A DNA stretch of 64,000 nt from Microcoleus sp. (GCA_042408215.1 JAYFMW010000010.1:1-64000), one strand, 5' to 3'; shown: positions 30,453-41,619, counted from the stretch's first letter. Translations and numbers: made by a program. The notes: generated by a model from the letters alone, not told the origin.

Positions 30453-33017
30453 TTGATGAGGTTTGAAGGTCTGAACGTGGCAGAATTTTTCTCAAATATC
30501 AAAGATAAGTTGAGCAAAGTCACTAACGCAATAGGCGGTAATTCCGATCGAGAATTGCCTGACGCTGCGAATGGCACCGGGCTAACTTCGCCGGAATCCG
30601 ACGCCCAATTATCTACACAGACAGCGACAGAAAGCTCAGAGTATGTGGTAGAAGATTCTCAACCTCTAAAAGAGTCAAAATTAGACTCGTCCAATAATGA
30701 ATATCCCATAGTCAGACGGGATTGGCAAGGATTGAGGCGGTTAATTGCTTGGTTGGAAATTGAAGCTCAAGTTACCAACTTGCAAACTAAGGGAAAACAA
30801 TTGTTTCCGCCGCAGTTGCGTAGGTGGGAAGCTAAATTACCCAAAAAACGGGGGGGTGAATCGCAGGAAAATACCGAACTACAGGAAAATACCGAACTAC
30901 AGGAAAATACCGAACTACAGGAAAATACCGAACTACAGGAAAATACCGAACTACAGAAAAATACCGAACCACAGAAAAATCCTCAGAAACTGAAGTTTCG
31001 CCGCCCTAGATTTTGGATAGGAATCGGTGTTGCTAGTATTGGCGGTGGCGCTTTAATCTACTGTTTGTGGATTTTGCACACCTTGGATAAAAGTTTGCCG
31101 GATGTTAATGATTTGTCGGCCTTTAATCGCGATGGAACACTGACAATTAAGGCGGCAGATAGTACGATTTTGTTGCAGTCGGGGCCGGCAACTAGAGATA
31201 AGTTGAAACTTAAAGAAATTCCCGACCAACTAATTAAAGCTTTTATTGCCATAGAAGACCGCCGTTTTTACGAACATCGCGGGGTGGATTATCAAGGTAT
31301 TGTGCGATCGGTTGTTTCTAATTTAGTGGCTAGAGATTTGGTGCAGGGCGGCAGTACCATTACGCAACAATTGGCTCGCGTTGTTTTTCTCAATCAGGAA
31401 AGAAGTATTCGGCGGAAGCTTCGGGAGGCTCTTTTGGCTCGGAAAATTGAGCGAGAGTTGAGCAAAGAACAAATTTTAGAGCGCTATTTAAATCTGGTTT
31501 ATTTGGGTTCTGATGCTTACGGAGTGGGGGATGCGGCTTGGGTTTTCTTTAGCAAAAAAGTCGATCAGTTGACTTTGGCAGAGATGGCAACTTTGGCGGG
31601 TTTACCTCCGGCACCGAGCGAATATTCGCCTTTGGTTAATCCGAATTTTGCTAAGAAACGTCGCAATCTTGTGCTGGAACAAATGCAGGAAGCGAAGGTA
31701 ATTACTGAGGTTCAGGCGAAGGAGGCGATGGCGGAACCTTTGACTGTTAAACAAAGTTCACCGAAGCGTTTTCAAGTGGTGGCGCCTTATTTTGCTAGTT
31801 TCATTAGGAAGGAATTACCGCGCTATGTTTCTAAGGATGCTTTGGAAGCTGGCGGTTTGACTGTTGAGACGACGGTGGATATGCAGTGGCAGAAAATAGC
31901 GGAACAGGTGGTTAAAGATGCGATCGAAGTTGATGGCCGCCGTCAGGGTTTTGAACAAGCAGCTTTAGTTTCTATGGACACTAAGACTGGGGAAGTTAAG
32001 GCCCTGGTAGGAGGTGGAAATTTCAAGGAAAGTGAATTTAATCGCGCTACTCAGGCTTTGCGGCAGCCCGGATCGACGTTTAAAGGGTTAGTTTATGCGG
32101 CGGCGATGGGGGCTGGTTTTTCGCCTTATGACAGCTATGAAGATGCGCCAATTATTATCGATGGCTATCAACCGAATAATTATGGCAAAAAGTTTAGCGG
32201 TTGGCGATCGATCTCTGATGCTTTGACGAGTTCGGTGAATGTGGTGGCTGTCAAGGTGTTGATGGATGTCGGGTTTGAACCGGCGATGAAATTAGCTTAC
32301 GATATGGGAATTAAATCTAAATTGAGTCCGATTTATTCCCTGGCTTTGGGTTCTTCGGAGGTGAATTTACTGGAGTTGACTAATGCTTACGGTACTTTAG
32401 CAGCCCAAGGTAATTTTATTGAAGCTCACGGAATTACTCGGGTGGTTAATCAGCGGGGAGATGTGATTTATCAGGCTAATTTTAAACCGAAGCAGGTTTT
32501 GGATCGGGATAGTGCTGCGATTACTACTTGGATGTTGGAGGGTGTGGTGCAGGGGGGTACGGGGGGGCCTGCGGCTTTGTCCGATCGCTCTGTAGCGGGC
32601 AAAACCGGTACTTCGGAAAAGGTCAGGGATTTGTGGTTTATTGGTTACATTCCGCAGGTTGTGACTGGGGTTTGGCTGGGGAATGATGACAATTATCCGA
32701 CGGGGGGAAGTAGCGGTACGGCGGCGTATAATTGGCGCGATTTTATGAGTCAAGCGGTTAAGGGAATGCCGGTTGAGGAGTTTCCGAAGTTGCCGAAGTT
32801 GGAGGGCCGCAAAGGCAGTATTAAGGCGAAACCGGTGCAGCCGAATGAGATTATTCGGGGGATGATTGTGAATGATGATGGTGCGATCGTCCCTTACAAT
32901 CCTAATCCTGAACCGAAGCGTCGCGAGTGGCAAGATCCTGGTTATCAAGAGCCGACTAATTATCAAGAGCCGACTCATTATCAAGAACCAGGGAATTATC
33001 AAGAACCGCCACAATAA
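30453..33017 (+). CDS. Class A penicillin-binding protein (PBP1A family)
   Basis: EDRRFY.H.G, GGSTITQQ, RKLRE, SxxK (GSTFK), SVN and KTG motifs; start uncertain. Confidence 0.94.
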   Translation: MMRFEGLNVAEFFSNIKDKLSKVTNAIGGNSDRELPDAANGTGLTSPESDAQLSTQTATESSEYVVEDSQPLKESKLDSSNNEYPIVRRDWQGLRRLIAWLEIEAQVTNLQTKGKQLFPPQLRRWEAKLPKKRGGESQENTELQENTELQENTELQENTELQENTELQKNTEPQKNPQKLKFRRPRFWIGIGVASIGGGALIYCLWILHTLDKSLPDVNDLSAFNRDGTLTIKAADSTILLQSGPATRDKLKLKEIPDQLIKAFIAIEDRRFYEHRGVDYQGIVRSVVSNLVARDLVQGGSTITQQLARVVFLNQERSIRRKLREALLARKIERELSKEQILERYLNLVYLGSDAYGVGDAAWVFFSKKVDQLTLAEMATLAGLPPAPSEYSPLVNPNFAKKRRNLVLEQMQEAKVITEVQAKEAMAEPLTVKQSSPKRFQVVAPYFASFIRKELPRYVSKDALEAGGLTVETTVDMQWQKIAEQVVKDAIEVDGRRQGFEQAALVSMDTKTGEVKALVGGGNFKESEFNRATQALRQPGSTFKGLVYAAAMGAGFSPYDSYEDAPIIIDGYQPNNYGKKFSGWRSISDALTSSVNVVAVKVLMDVGFEPAMKLAYDMGIKSKLSPIYSLALGSSEVNLLELTNAYGTLAAQGNFIEAHGITRVVNQRGDVIYQANFKPKQVLDRDSAAITTWMLEGVVQGGTGGPAALSDRSVAGKTGTSEKVRDLWFIGYIPQVVTGVWLGNDDNYPTGGSSGTAAYNWRDFMSQAVKGMPVEEFPKLPKLEGRKGSIKAKPVQPNEIIRGMIVNDDGAIVPYNPNPEPKRREWQDPGYQEPTNYQEPTHYQEPGNYQEPPQ
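30863..30979 (+). repeat. Coding 18-bp tandem repeat (QENTEL)n
   Basis: CAGGAAAATACCGAACTA x5 plus a degenerate copy. Confidence 0.95.
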
Positions 33018-33103
33018 GCGAATTTTGAATTTTTCACCGCAGATTAAAACAGATTAACGCAGATTAACGCAGATGTAATTGCGAATTTCAACTCTACAAC
33101 AAC

Positions 33104-34465
33104 CTAATTTCGTTTGAGTCGCACCATAAAAAAGCCATCCATTTGATTTCGGTGCGGCCAAAGTTTTACCCATCCTTCCGGTGATGGTTGGACGGGTAAA
33201 TCTATTGTTGGCGGTTCGATTCGCCAGTTAGGATTGCTATCTAAGAACGATCGCACAATTTGTTCATTTTCTAAAGGATGAATCGTGCAAGTTGCGTAAA
33301 CTAATACGCCGCCGGACTTGACAAATGTCGCTGAATTTGCTAATAATTCTGATTGCAGTTGGGATTGTGTTTGGATGTTTTCGGGTGTGTGATGCCAGCG
33401 GGCGTCGGCGCGGCGGTGGAGGGTGCCGAGCCCGGAACAAGGTGCGTCTAGTAAAACTCTGTCTGCTAGGTTAATAAATTCTGGAAAATGGCGGCTGTCT
33501 CCGGTATGAATTTGGATTGATTTCATCTGGAGTCTGTCTGCATTTTCTTTGAGTCTTTTGAGTCTGTTTGCAGTTTTTTCGCAGGCATAAATCGTGCCTT
33601 TATCTTGCATTAATTCGGCGCTGTGGGTGGTTTTTCCTCCCGGTGCGGCGCAGACATCAATGATGGTTTCCCCAGGCTGGGGGTCGAGTAAATGGGTGAC
33701 TAATTGAGCGCTGCTGTCTTGGATTGTCCACCAACCTTCGCTATATCCGGGGAGGTTTTGAATGGCGCCGGTGCTGCCATTTAGTCTTAGGGCTTGTGGT
33801 AAGTGTGGGATGCGGCTAACGCTGATGTTTTGGGATTTGAAGGCGGTTTCGATTTGGGCGATCGAGCTTTTTAAAGGATTGATTCTCAGGTCAATTGTGG
33901 GGGATTGATTGAACCATTCACAGAGTTGTTCGGTTTCGGTTTCGCCTATTTGTTCGAGCCACAATTCGACGATCCAGTCGGGGAAACTATGCTGAATTCC
34001 TAGGCGTTGGACGGTTGATTTATAATTAGTAACTGTTAATGGATTTAATTCGTTATCTGTTAAACGAATGTATTGTCGCAATAAACCGTTGACAAAACTG
34101 CTGAGTCCTGAAAAGCCGTTTTCTTTGGCTAGTTGAACTGTGGTGTTGACGGCTGCCGAGGGGGGGATGTGGTTGAGATATTGGAGTTGATATAAGCCTA
34201 AATGTAGGATGGTACGGAGTTCTGGCGGTTGTTGGGAGGATTTTTTTGTGGCTAGTTTGTCGATGATAAAGTCGATCGATCGCATTCTCCTGACACTACC
34301 ATAGACTAATTCTGTGACTAAACGCCGATCGAGGTCGGTTAGTTGACAATTGCGGAAAGTGCGATCGAGGGTGACATCTGCGAATGCACCGCGGCGGTGG
34401 ACTTCGCGGAGTGCGATCAAGGCTATTTGGCGGGGATTTTGCATGGAGGATTGTTGATATGTCAA
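33104..34465 (-). CDS. rsmB: 16S rRNA m5C967 methyltransferase
   Basis: NusB-like N-terminus; IQDSS, CAAPGGKT, DAPCSG and YATCT motifs. Confidence 0.95.
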   Translation of the reverse strand: MTYQQSSMQNPRQIALIALREVHRRGAFADVTLDRTFRNCQLTDLDRRLVTELVYGSVRRMRSIDFIIDKLATKKSSQQPPELRTILHLGLYQLQYLNHIPPSAAVNTTVQLAKENGFSGLSSFVNGLLRQYIRLTDNELNPLTVTNYKSTVQRLGIQHSFPDWIVELWLEQIGETETEQLCEWFNQSPTIDLRINPLKSSIAQIETAFKSQNISVSRIPHLPQALRLNGSTGAIQNLPGYSEGWWTIQDSSAQLVTHLLDPQPGETIIDVCAAPGGKTTHSAELMQDKGTIYACEKTANRLKRLKENADRLQMKSIQIHTGDSRHFPEFINLADRVLLDAPCSGLGTLHRRADARWHHTPENIQTQSQLQSELLANSATFVKSGGVLVYATCTIHPLENEQIVRSFLDSNPNWRIEPPTIDLPVQPSPEGWVKLWPHRNQMDGFFMVRLKRN

Positions 34466-34497
34466 GTTATTATAGGTGATTCAAGTTCGTGGGTTGG

Positions 34498-34720
34498 AGA
34501 AACCCGGCGGTTGAAACCGCGTCTACACACACAAAACCCGCCTTCGCGGGTTGAATAAACCCGGCGGTTGAAACCGCGTCTACACACACAAAACCCGCCT
34601 GCGCGGGTTGAATTTCTTTTCTTCCGTCCGCGTAGGCGGACATCGTTTGTGTAGCCGCGATTTCCAATCGCCGGGGGTCTCAATTGTAGCCGCGATTTCC
34701 AATCGCCGGGGGCCTCAATT
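34498..34720. repeat. Cluster of hairpin repeats
   Basis: Two ~57-bp AAACCCGGCGGTTGAAACCGCGTCTACAC.. copies and two TGTAGCCGCGATTTCCAATCGCCGGGG copies. Confidence 0.88.
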
Positions 34721-34721
34721 G

Positions 34722-35087
34722 TTTGTTTGAAAACTAAGGCTTCTTCATAGCGTCCAATATCTTGCGTTGCTGCGGCGAAAGCCATGCCATCCGCGCCTGA
34801 TAGTACGGCGTCAATTCATCCAGCGTTTGCAAAAACGATTTCACCAGTTGATCGAGCGAATCGCGAGTCAAAAATTCCGCAAAAATCATATAAACGCGAT
34901 GGTTGCCCCAGCCAAGTGATGGATGGCTTCAATTCGAGAACGTCCCTTTGGTGTTTCTATGAATAACTCTAGTTCTTAGTTGCCCTCTAAGTAAACCGAT
35001 TCTACCCGATCGAACAATTTAGCCTTGTATTCGGTGGGATATTCTTGTTGGAGCGGTCGCAAAATTCGCAGCAGCAAATCGAGAAAC
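34722..35087 (-). pseudogene. Collapsed fragments of an ATPase-TPR protein
   Basis: Hand translation: FLDLLLRIL..EY, GRSRIEAIHHLAG(G)NHRVY, LDELTPYYQARM.WLSPQQRKI, then LGRYEEAL; contains a stop, a frameshift and deletions. Confidence 0.65.
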
Positions 35088-35201
35088 ACGGATTGCAGTA
35101 TTTTTGCCGGTTGGGGAGGTTTATTGTTGCATCTGTGCGATTTGGGGTTGGGGTTGAGCGCGATCGGCTATTTTTGTAAGCGAGGTGTTGTTAAGGGCTA
35201 A

Positions 35202-35535
35202 GGTATACTTGTCAGAGGAAATATTGATTTTCTGCTTTTAATTGAATCTTTTTGGGTTGTTGCGATCGAAGCCAAACGAGCGCAATATTCCGTTGAAGCT
35301 GGACTTCCTCAGTTACTATTTTATATGCTGAATGACCTCAGCCCAGAAAAGGTAAAATTTGGGCTTCTGACAAATGGCAGCAGCTTTCGATTTATCAAAG
35401 TTACCAAACAAGACACCCCAGTATGCCGTGTCTAAACTTTTTGATATTGGGAGTCCCGGAAATGAACTTTATGAAGTCTTTCGCATTTTGAAGCGCGTCG
35501 CTGGTATAATTTCCAGTAACACCTCTTCTCATTGA
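35202..35535 (+). pseudogene. Fragment of an HsdR_N-like PD-(D/E)xK nuclease-fold protein
   Basis: RGNIDFL..FWVVAIEAKR..LPQLL.YM..GLLTNG..F.FIK; no start codon; frameshift near 35418. Confidence 0.7.
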
Positions 35536-35544
35536 GGGTACAAT

Positions 35545-36060
35545 ATGGAACTAGATTCTGAAAGTAATAATAAATTCACTAAAGCTCACTTTGCTTTTAA
35601 CAATTTACCCCAACTCACCAACCCTTGGCGACAGCTAAATCTGCAAGGAGTAGCTTTAGGTTTGATTCGCTTGCCTGCGGGAGATGGCTACACATTTACT
35701 CACAGCCACGCAGAACAAGAAGAAGTTTATATTGTAGTTGAAGGCAAAGGCCTGATGGTTGTAGATGGGGAACTATTGACACTTGAGGGTGGCGATATTG
35801 TCAGAGTTTCTCCCGCAGCAAAGAGAGCATTAAAAGCTGCTGAAAATACAGCCTTGTTTGTTATCTGTACTGGAGGATTGGCTGCTGGTTATCCCAAGCA
35901 GCCCAACGCGCGCTATCTGATAGATGATGGAATTCCCGATTATGACGATGTTCCGCCTTGGTATGAGGGAAATTCCGAAATTGCCGAGAGAAATGCGCGG
36001 CTAAAAGAAAGGATGTTGAAAGCTCAATCCAAACGAGACAGCCAACAGGAATCACAATGA
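35545..36060 (+). CDS. Cupin domain protein
   Basis: HSH..QEEVY.V..G.G and GDIVRV.P cupin motifs. Confidence 0.88.
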   Translation: MELDSESNNKFTKAHFAFNNLPQLTNPWRQLNLQGVALGLIRLPAGDGYTFTHSHAEQEEVYIVVEGKGLMVVDGELLTLEGGDIVRVSPAAKRALKAAENTALFVICTGGLAAGYPKQPNARYLIDDGIPDYDDVPPWYEGNSEIAERNARLKERMLKAQSKRDSQQESQ

Positions 36061-36545
36061 ATGAAAGTTCTTTTTCGTTGTCGCCACAATGTGCAATCCG
36101 CCCAGCCTCAGCTCAGGATATCAAATCAATTAGAATGTTGGTATGGAGCGCCAAACTCGATCCAACTCAGTTACGTTGGCCGCAATTTTGGGTGATAGAA
36201 TGCAGCGGGGATTTGGTGGCTTGCGGACAGTTGCGGAACTTTGCGGGCGCGCAAGAATTGGGCAGTTTGGTGGTGATGAAAGATTGGCGCGATCGAGGTT
36301 TGGGAAGCTACCTCGCCAAACATTTAATTGCACAGGCTACAGAACCGCTATACTTAGAATGTTTGGGTTCCCGACTCGCATCATTTTACACTCGCTTTGG
36401 ATTTGTACAAGTTTCATGGCAAGAGTTGCCGCAGTCGCTTAAATTAAAATTCGGCTTGTCTCAATTGGCTAAAACTTTATTCAGAATTCCTGTCACAATT
36501 ATGCGGTATCAAACAAATTTTAGAGACTCAAGTCTAGGGTTATGA
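36057..36545 (+). CDS. GNAT N-acetyltransferase
   Basis: ELGSLVV...WRDRGLGS, FYTRFGF; ATGA overlap with the cupin gene. Confidence 0.9.
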   Translation: MNESSFSLSPQCAIRPASAQDIKSIRMLVWSAKLDPTQLRWPQFWVIECSGDLVACGQLRNFAGAQELGSLVVMKDWRDRGLGSYLAKHLIAQATEPLYLECLGSRLASFYTRFGFVQVSWQELPQSLKLKFGLSQLAKTLFRIPVTIMRYQTNFRDSSLGL

Positions 36546-37256
36546 GTAGATAGACTTACGCAGTCATCCTATGGATAGGGGCTTTTCTAGGGGGATTGCG
36601 CCTACAAGACACGCTGATTTAGATGCTATGCGTAATTCCTGGGCAATTTACAGATATTCCGGGTTTTGAGCTCCAGAGTGTGTAAATTCATAATTTACCT
36701 AGGATTGTGTCAGTTGGCGTAAGTGGCACAGGACATTGGCCGATAAATAGCCGTAAACGCCTATAAAATCGTTGTTAGCCTGGTCAAAATTGTCCTGTGC
36801 CATTACCAGGGCCGGAAAGTGGACAGGCGATCGCACCAAAGACATTCACTTCTGGCAAATTAGTAAATGTAAAGCAAGTGAGTCACAACCCAGTCAAACA
36901 ATCCCACCCAAAAAGCCAACCGAAAAATCTCACAGTTTCACAGCAGCAGTAATGCGGAATCAGTCAATCTCTAATGTAGGTAACAACATCCACCCTTGAG
37001 ATAAATCCCACTAACTACCAAACCAGTAAATCCTGAATTCAGTCCTAGCAATTACTGGATTGACGATCACTCAAAACAGATGCTTAATTCCCTTAAACAT
37101 TTCCAAAAATCTTAGCATTTTATCCCGATCGAAGGAGAAAAGGCAAGAACAATGAAATATAAGGGTAATAAATAAATCTCCACCCAGGAAATGCAGCCTC
37201 TCAAATCGCATAAATAGAAAATTACAGTATATATTAACACAAAAGGAGTCAGGGAA

Positions 37257-37544
37257 ATGTTCAACGTAGTAAAAGCTTTCGGTTCTATTTTTTCTGCTCA
37301 AGCATACAGCACAGCAAATAATATGTTAATCGACAATTACATTAACACCAATTTCAACTACTTGAACGAAGAAGCAGTCGTCGATGAATCGATTTACCCA
37401 AATCAAACTGGTCGCGTCCGCTTCCAAGGTAGCTGGTGGCCCGCACGGTGCGATCGCCAAATCACCCTCACACCGGGAGACACCGTTTATGTCATCGGCA
37501 TTAACAACATCACTCTCTTAGTTTCCCTCGCTCCCGCAGACTAA
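37257..37544 (+). CDS. NfeD-like C-terminal OB-fold protein, copy 1
   Basis: [13 protein letters not shown]...L.PG..V.V.G..NITLLV; AAGGAG RBS. Confidence 0.88.
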   Translation: MFNVVKAFGSIFSAQAYSTANNMLIDNYINTNFNYLNEEAVVDESIYPNQTGRVRFQGSWWPARCDRQITLTPGDTVYVIGINNITLLVSLAPAD

Positions 37545-37662
37545 ATTAGAGCCGGACAAACCAGAAAAATCCATCAATCTAAATCGAGGGAAAGGCTGAT
37601 TTTAAAGATCGCAAATATTCGGTTAAAGTGCCATATATATTAACACAAAAGGAGTCAGGGAA

Positions 37663-37950
37663 ATGTTCAACGTAGTAAAAGCTTTCGGTTCTATTTTTTC
37701 CACTAAAAACTACAGCACAGCAAATAATATGTTAATCGACAATTACATCAACACCAATTTCAACTACTTCAACGAAGAAGCAGTCGTCGATGAATCGATT
37801 TACCCAAATCAAACTGGTCGCGTCCGCTTCCAAGGTAGCTGGTGGCCCGCACGGTGCGATCGCCAAATCACCCTCACACCGGGAGACACCGTTTATGTCA
37901 TCGGCGTTAACAACATCACTCTCTTGGTTTCCCTCGCTCCCGCAGACTAA
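37663..37950 (+). CDS. NfeD-like C-terminal OB-fold protein, copy 2
   Basis: Near-identical to copy 1 including the RBS region. Confidence 0.88.
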   Translation: MFNVVKAFGSIFSTKNYSTANNMLIDNYINTNFNYFNEEAVVDESIYPNQTGRVRFQGSWWPARCDRQITLTPGDTVYVIGVNNITLLVSLAPAD

Positions 37951-38076
37951 ACGAGAATGCGATCGAAACTTCCTAAATTTTCACACCACATCTAATGTCG
38001 GCAGGGCTTATTCTAATAAACCCTGCCTTTTGTATGCTTAAATAAGTTGAGACACTTACTAACCAGATTTAAACCA

Positions 38077-38955
38077 GTGAACTTTCAATCAGTCATTGCC
38101 ACCTTAAACAAATTTTGGAGCGATCGAGGATGCCTGATCGCCCAATCCTATGACACAGAAAAAGGTGCAGGAACCATGAATCCCCACACCTTTCTCAGAG
38201 CAATTGGCCCCGAACCTTGGTCAGTCGCCTACGTCGAACCCTGTCGTCGTCCCACCGACGGACGTTATGGCGAAAATCCCAATCGCTTCCAACATTACTA
38301 TCAATATCAAGTCCTGATTAAACCATCTCCTCCTAACATCCAAGAAATCTATTTAGACTCGCTGAGAGCATTAGGAATTCGACCAGAAGACCACGATATT
38401 CGCTTCGTAGAAGACAACTGGGAATCCCCCACATTAGGAGCTTGGGGCGTCGGCTGGGAAGTCTGGCTCGACGGCATGGAAATCACCCAATTTACCTATT
38501 TTCAACAGTGCGGTAGCATCGATTGTCGCCCGGTATCTATTGAAATTACCTACGGACTAGAACGGCTGGCAATGTATCTGCAAGAAGTGGATGCGATGAC
38601 CAAAATTCAGTGGAAAGATGGCATCACTTACGGCGACGTTCATCTGCAAGGAGAAATAGAACAGTGTACCTATAACTTTGAAGCTTCTAATCCAGAATTG
38701 CTGTTTACGCTGTTTGGACTGTACGAACAAGAAGCTGAACAATTGACCAAGAAAGGATTAGTTTTACCTAGTCTTGATTATGTGCTAAAATGTTCTCATA
38801 CTTTCAATTTACTTGATGCTAGAGGTGTGATTTCGGTAACGGAAAGAACTCGGTATATTACCAAAATTCGTAACTTGGCGCGACGGGTGGCTCAGCTTTA
38901 TTTGGAACAGCGGGAACAATTGGGTTTTCCATTGGAAAAAGCTGTAAAGGTTTGA
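38077..38955 (+). CDS. glyQ: Glycine--tRNA ligase alpha subunit
   Basis: [35 protein letters not shown] and ITYGLERL motifs; GTG start at 38077. Confidence 0.98.
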   Translation: MNFQSVIATLNKFWSDRGCLIAQSYDTEKGAGTMNPHTFLRAIGPEPWSVAYVEPCRRPTDGRYGENPNRFQHYYQYQVLIKPSPPNIQEIYLDSLRALGIRPEDHDIRFVEDNWESPTLGAWGVGWEVWLDGMEITQFTYFQQCGSIDCRPVSIEITYGLERLAMYLQEVDAMTKIQWKDGITYGDVHLQGEIEQCTYNFEASNPELLFTLFGLYEQEAEQLTKKGLVLPSLDYVLKCSHTFNLLDARGVISVTERTRYITKIRNLARRVAQLYLEQREQLGFPLEKAVKV

Positions 38956-39141
38956 GAAGGAAGAAGGGCACGATACGGATGCGGACACGGATACACGGAT
39001 GAATTTATTAGATACCGGATTTCTTTAAAAAGTCTGGTATCTGGTTATTTTTTTTCCTATCTTCTTCTTGACTCTTCCTTCGTGTCCTTCGCGTCTTCGC
39101 GGTTCAATCATAGGAATTCTTCCCTATTTTTAATTAATTCA

Positions 39142-39909
39142 ATGCCTAATTATTCAGAAAATAATACAGAAATAACACCTCAACTGCGAATTGAGAATGT
39201 AAGTTTTAAAACACCGATCGCCTCAAATTATTTGCTGGAAAATATCTCGTTTCAGGTAAATCAGGGCGATCGCGTGGCCATTGTGGGCCCTTCTGGTGCG
39301 GGGAAAACAACCCTGTTGCGGCTGCTAAATCGGCTCAGCAGCCCCACAAGTGGCGCAATTTATCTTGAAAATAAGGAATACCGGCAAATTCCGGCGATCG
39401 AACTTCGCAGACAAATCACCCTAGTGATTCAAGAATCGAAGCTGTTGGGAATGTCTGTGCGAGAAGCACTCGCCTATCCCTTGAAACTGCGGGGCGTGAA
39501 TTCATCAAACATTGCTGAGAGAATTAGCGGGGCGATCGCACAATTGCGTATACCCGAAGAATGGCTCACACGTACCGAATTGCAACTCTCAGTAGGCCAA
39601 AAACAGCTCGTGGCGATCGCCCGCGCCATCATTCTACAACCCAAAATCTTACTGTTAGACGAGCCAACATCCGCCCTAGACGCAGGAAAAGCCCACTACC
39701 TTGTGCAAGTATTGACAGAGCTAACTAACAGCAAAACCACTATTTTAATGGTAAATCACCAATTAGAATTAGCCCAGAAATTTGCGACGCGAGTTTTATA
39801 TTTCCAGCAGGGTAAACTCCTGGAAAACGCTATTTCTGAGCAGATGAATTGGGGGGAAATGCGTCAAAATTTAATCAAAGCAGAAGCAAAAGCAGAACAA
39901 GAATGGTGA
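39142..39909 (+). CDS. ABC transporter ATP-binding protein
   Basis: GPSGAGKT, LSVGQKQ and LLLDEPTSALD motifs; start uncertain. Confidence 0.9.
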   Translation: MPNYSENNTEITPQLRIENVSFKTPIASNYLLENISFQVNQGDRVAIVGPSGAGKTTLLRLLNRLSSPTSGAIYLENKEYRQIPAIELRRQITLVIQESKLLGMSVREALAYPLKLRGVNSSNIAERISGAIAQLRIPEEWLTRTELQLSVGQKQLVAIARAIILQPKILLLDEPTSALDAGKAHYLVQVLTELTNSKTTILMVNHQLELAQKFATRVLYFQQGKLLENAISEQMNWGEMRQNLIKAEAKAEQEW

Positions 39910-39924
39910 ATACATTCAATATCC

Positions 39925-39987
39925 CGTAGGGACACGGCACTGCCGTGTCCCTATCCCGTAGGGACACGGCACTGCCGTGTCCCTACA
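39925..39987. repeat. Tandem GTAG-REP-like hairpins
   Basis: CGTAGGGACACGGCACTGCCGTGTCCCTA x2; relative at ~12196-12260. Confidence 0.9.
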
Positions 39988-40041
39988 AGAACTATGTACC
40001 TTATCTACGTTTAACAGGAATTAGTTTATGCGTAATTCCTA

Positions 40042-41619
40042 TTAATGTGCTCCCCCAGCACCCGCACCCGCTTTCACCTTTTTCAAGCCCAAAATGGCAA
40101 TCCCACTTAACAGCAAAGCAAGGCCCACAAAGTAAAAACAATCATTAAAAGCCATCACATAAGCTTCCCGGCGAACAATATTATCAATTGCCTTAATTGC
40201 CTGATCTTGCGCCACACTCAAATCAGCACCGCGACTCACAAAAAACTGAGTCATTTGATTGATTCGCTCCTGCGTCGCCGGAGCGTACAAAGAAACAGAT
40301 TCCCCTAAACGATTCGAGTGAAACTGCTCCCGCTGCGTCACCAAAGTTGCTAACGCCGCAATCCCCATCGAACCTCCCATATTTCGCATCATATTAAACA
40401 AACCCGAAGCCGAACCAGCCTCGTGTTTCTCCATACCAGCAGTCGCAATAGTTGACAGCGGTATCATAATTAAAGGCTGCCCCAAAGCTCGGACTAATTG
40501 CGACCAACGTAACTGATCGATCCCCGTATCATGAGTCATACTGGCATTCATAAAACAACTCACCGCAAACAAACTCACACCGATACCAATCATCAGCCGC
40601 ATATCCATTCGCTGCATCAATTTCGGCATCATCGGTACGATGAATAACTGCGGCACCCCAGCCCACATAATCACCCCGCCAATTTGCATGGCATTGTACT
40701 GCTGAATTTGACCTAAATACAGCGGCAAAATATATATTGAACCGTACAATCCTACTCCCAAGGATACATTGACAATCGTAGCTAAACCGAAATTGCGGCG
40801 AGTCAGCAACCGCAAGTTAATAAAAGGTCGATCGCGAGTTAGTTCAATCCAGAAAAAAGCGCCTAGAAAAATTGCTGCAATGATGCTGAGACGGACAATA
40901 TAATCCGAACTAAACCAGTCCTTGCGGCTTCCTTCTTCTAAGACAACTTGCAGAGAACCCAAGCCAATTGCCATCGAGATAATTCCCCACCAGTCGCCCC
41001 CTTTTAGCAGTGACAATTGCATCGGCTTAGGGTCTACTGCGTACCAAACAGCAGCTAGCAGCAGCATCCCCGGAACAAAATTTAAATAAAAGACATATTG
41101 CCAGCCGTAATTCTCAGTCAGCCAACCTCCGAATGTGGGCCCGATGGATGGTGCAAAAGTAGCTGTCAGTGCAAACATCGCCATGCCAATTGGCTGTTTT
41201 TTGGGCGGCAAATTGGTTAGTAAAAATGCAAAAGCCATCGGAATTAAAATGCCACCTGTAAACCCCTGCAAAGCCCTAAATACAATCATTGAATTCAAGT
41301 TCCACGCCCAAGCGCAGCACATGGAAAAAAACGTGAAGAAGGCAGCATTTACTAAGATGTATCGGCGCACAGAAAATACTTGGGACAGCCAACCAGTCAT
41401 CGGAATTACGACGATTTCTGCGACTAGATAGGCGGTGGAAATCCAAGAGCCTTCTTCTAAGGTTGCGCCTAATGCTGCTTGAATGTCTTTGAGGGAAGCG
41501 TTGGTGATTTGAATGTCTAAAACTGCCATGAATGCGCCGAGAATTGTTCCCATGACGCCGATCCAGGTTTTTAAGGGAACGCGATCGCTTTGCTGTTCTA
41601 TAGCACTGGTATTTGTCAT
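40042..41619 (-). CDS. DHA2 (EmrB/QacA) MFS efflux permease
   Basis: MAVLDIQI, WISTAYL, FRALQGF.GG, GPTFGGWLT and SGLFNMMRN.GGS motifs. Confidence 0.93.
   Translation of the reverse strand: MTNTSAIEQQSDRVPLKTWIGVMGTILGAFMAVLDIQITNASLKDIQAALGATLEEGSWISTAYLVAEIVVIPMTGWLSQVFSVRRYILVNAAFFTFFSMCCAWAWNLNSMIVFRALQGFTGGILIPMAFAFLLTNLPPKKQPIGMAMFALTATFAPSIGPTFGGWLTENYGWQYVFYLNFVPGMLLLAAVWYAVDPKPMQLSLLKGGDWWGIISMAIGLGSLQVVLEEGSRKDWFSSDYIVRLSIIAAIFLGAFFWIELTRDRPFINLRLLTRRNFGLATIVNVSLGVGLYGSIYILPLYLGQIQQYNAMQIGGVIMWAGVPQLFIVPMMPKLMQRMDMRLMIGIGVSLFAVSCFMNASMTHDTGIDQLRWSQLVRALGQPLIMIPLSTIATAGMEKHEAGSASGLFNMMRNMGGSMGIAALATLVTQREQFHSNRLGESVSLYAPATQERINQMTQFFVSRGADLSVAQDQAIKAIDNIVRREAYVMAFNDCFYFVGLALLLSGIAILGLKKVKAGAGAGGAH

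Noticed and set aside
32397..33014. 205-aa antisense ORF and similar shadow ORFs throughout the window
   Set aside because: They overlap well-supported genes on the opposite strand or frame and show no protein-like motifs.
34462..34785. Short ORFs upstream of rsmB
   Set aside because: Translations of repeat elements and pseudogene debris.
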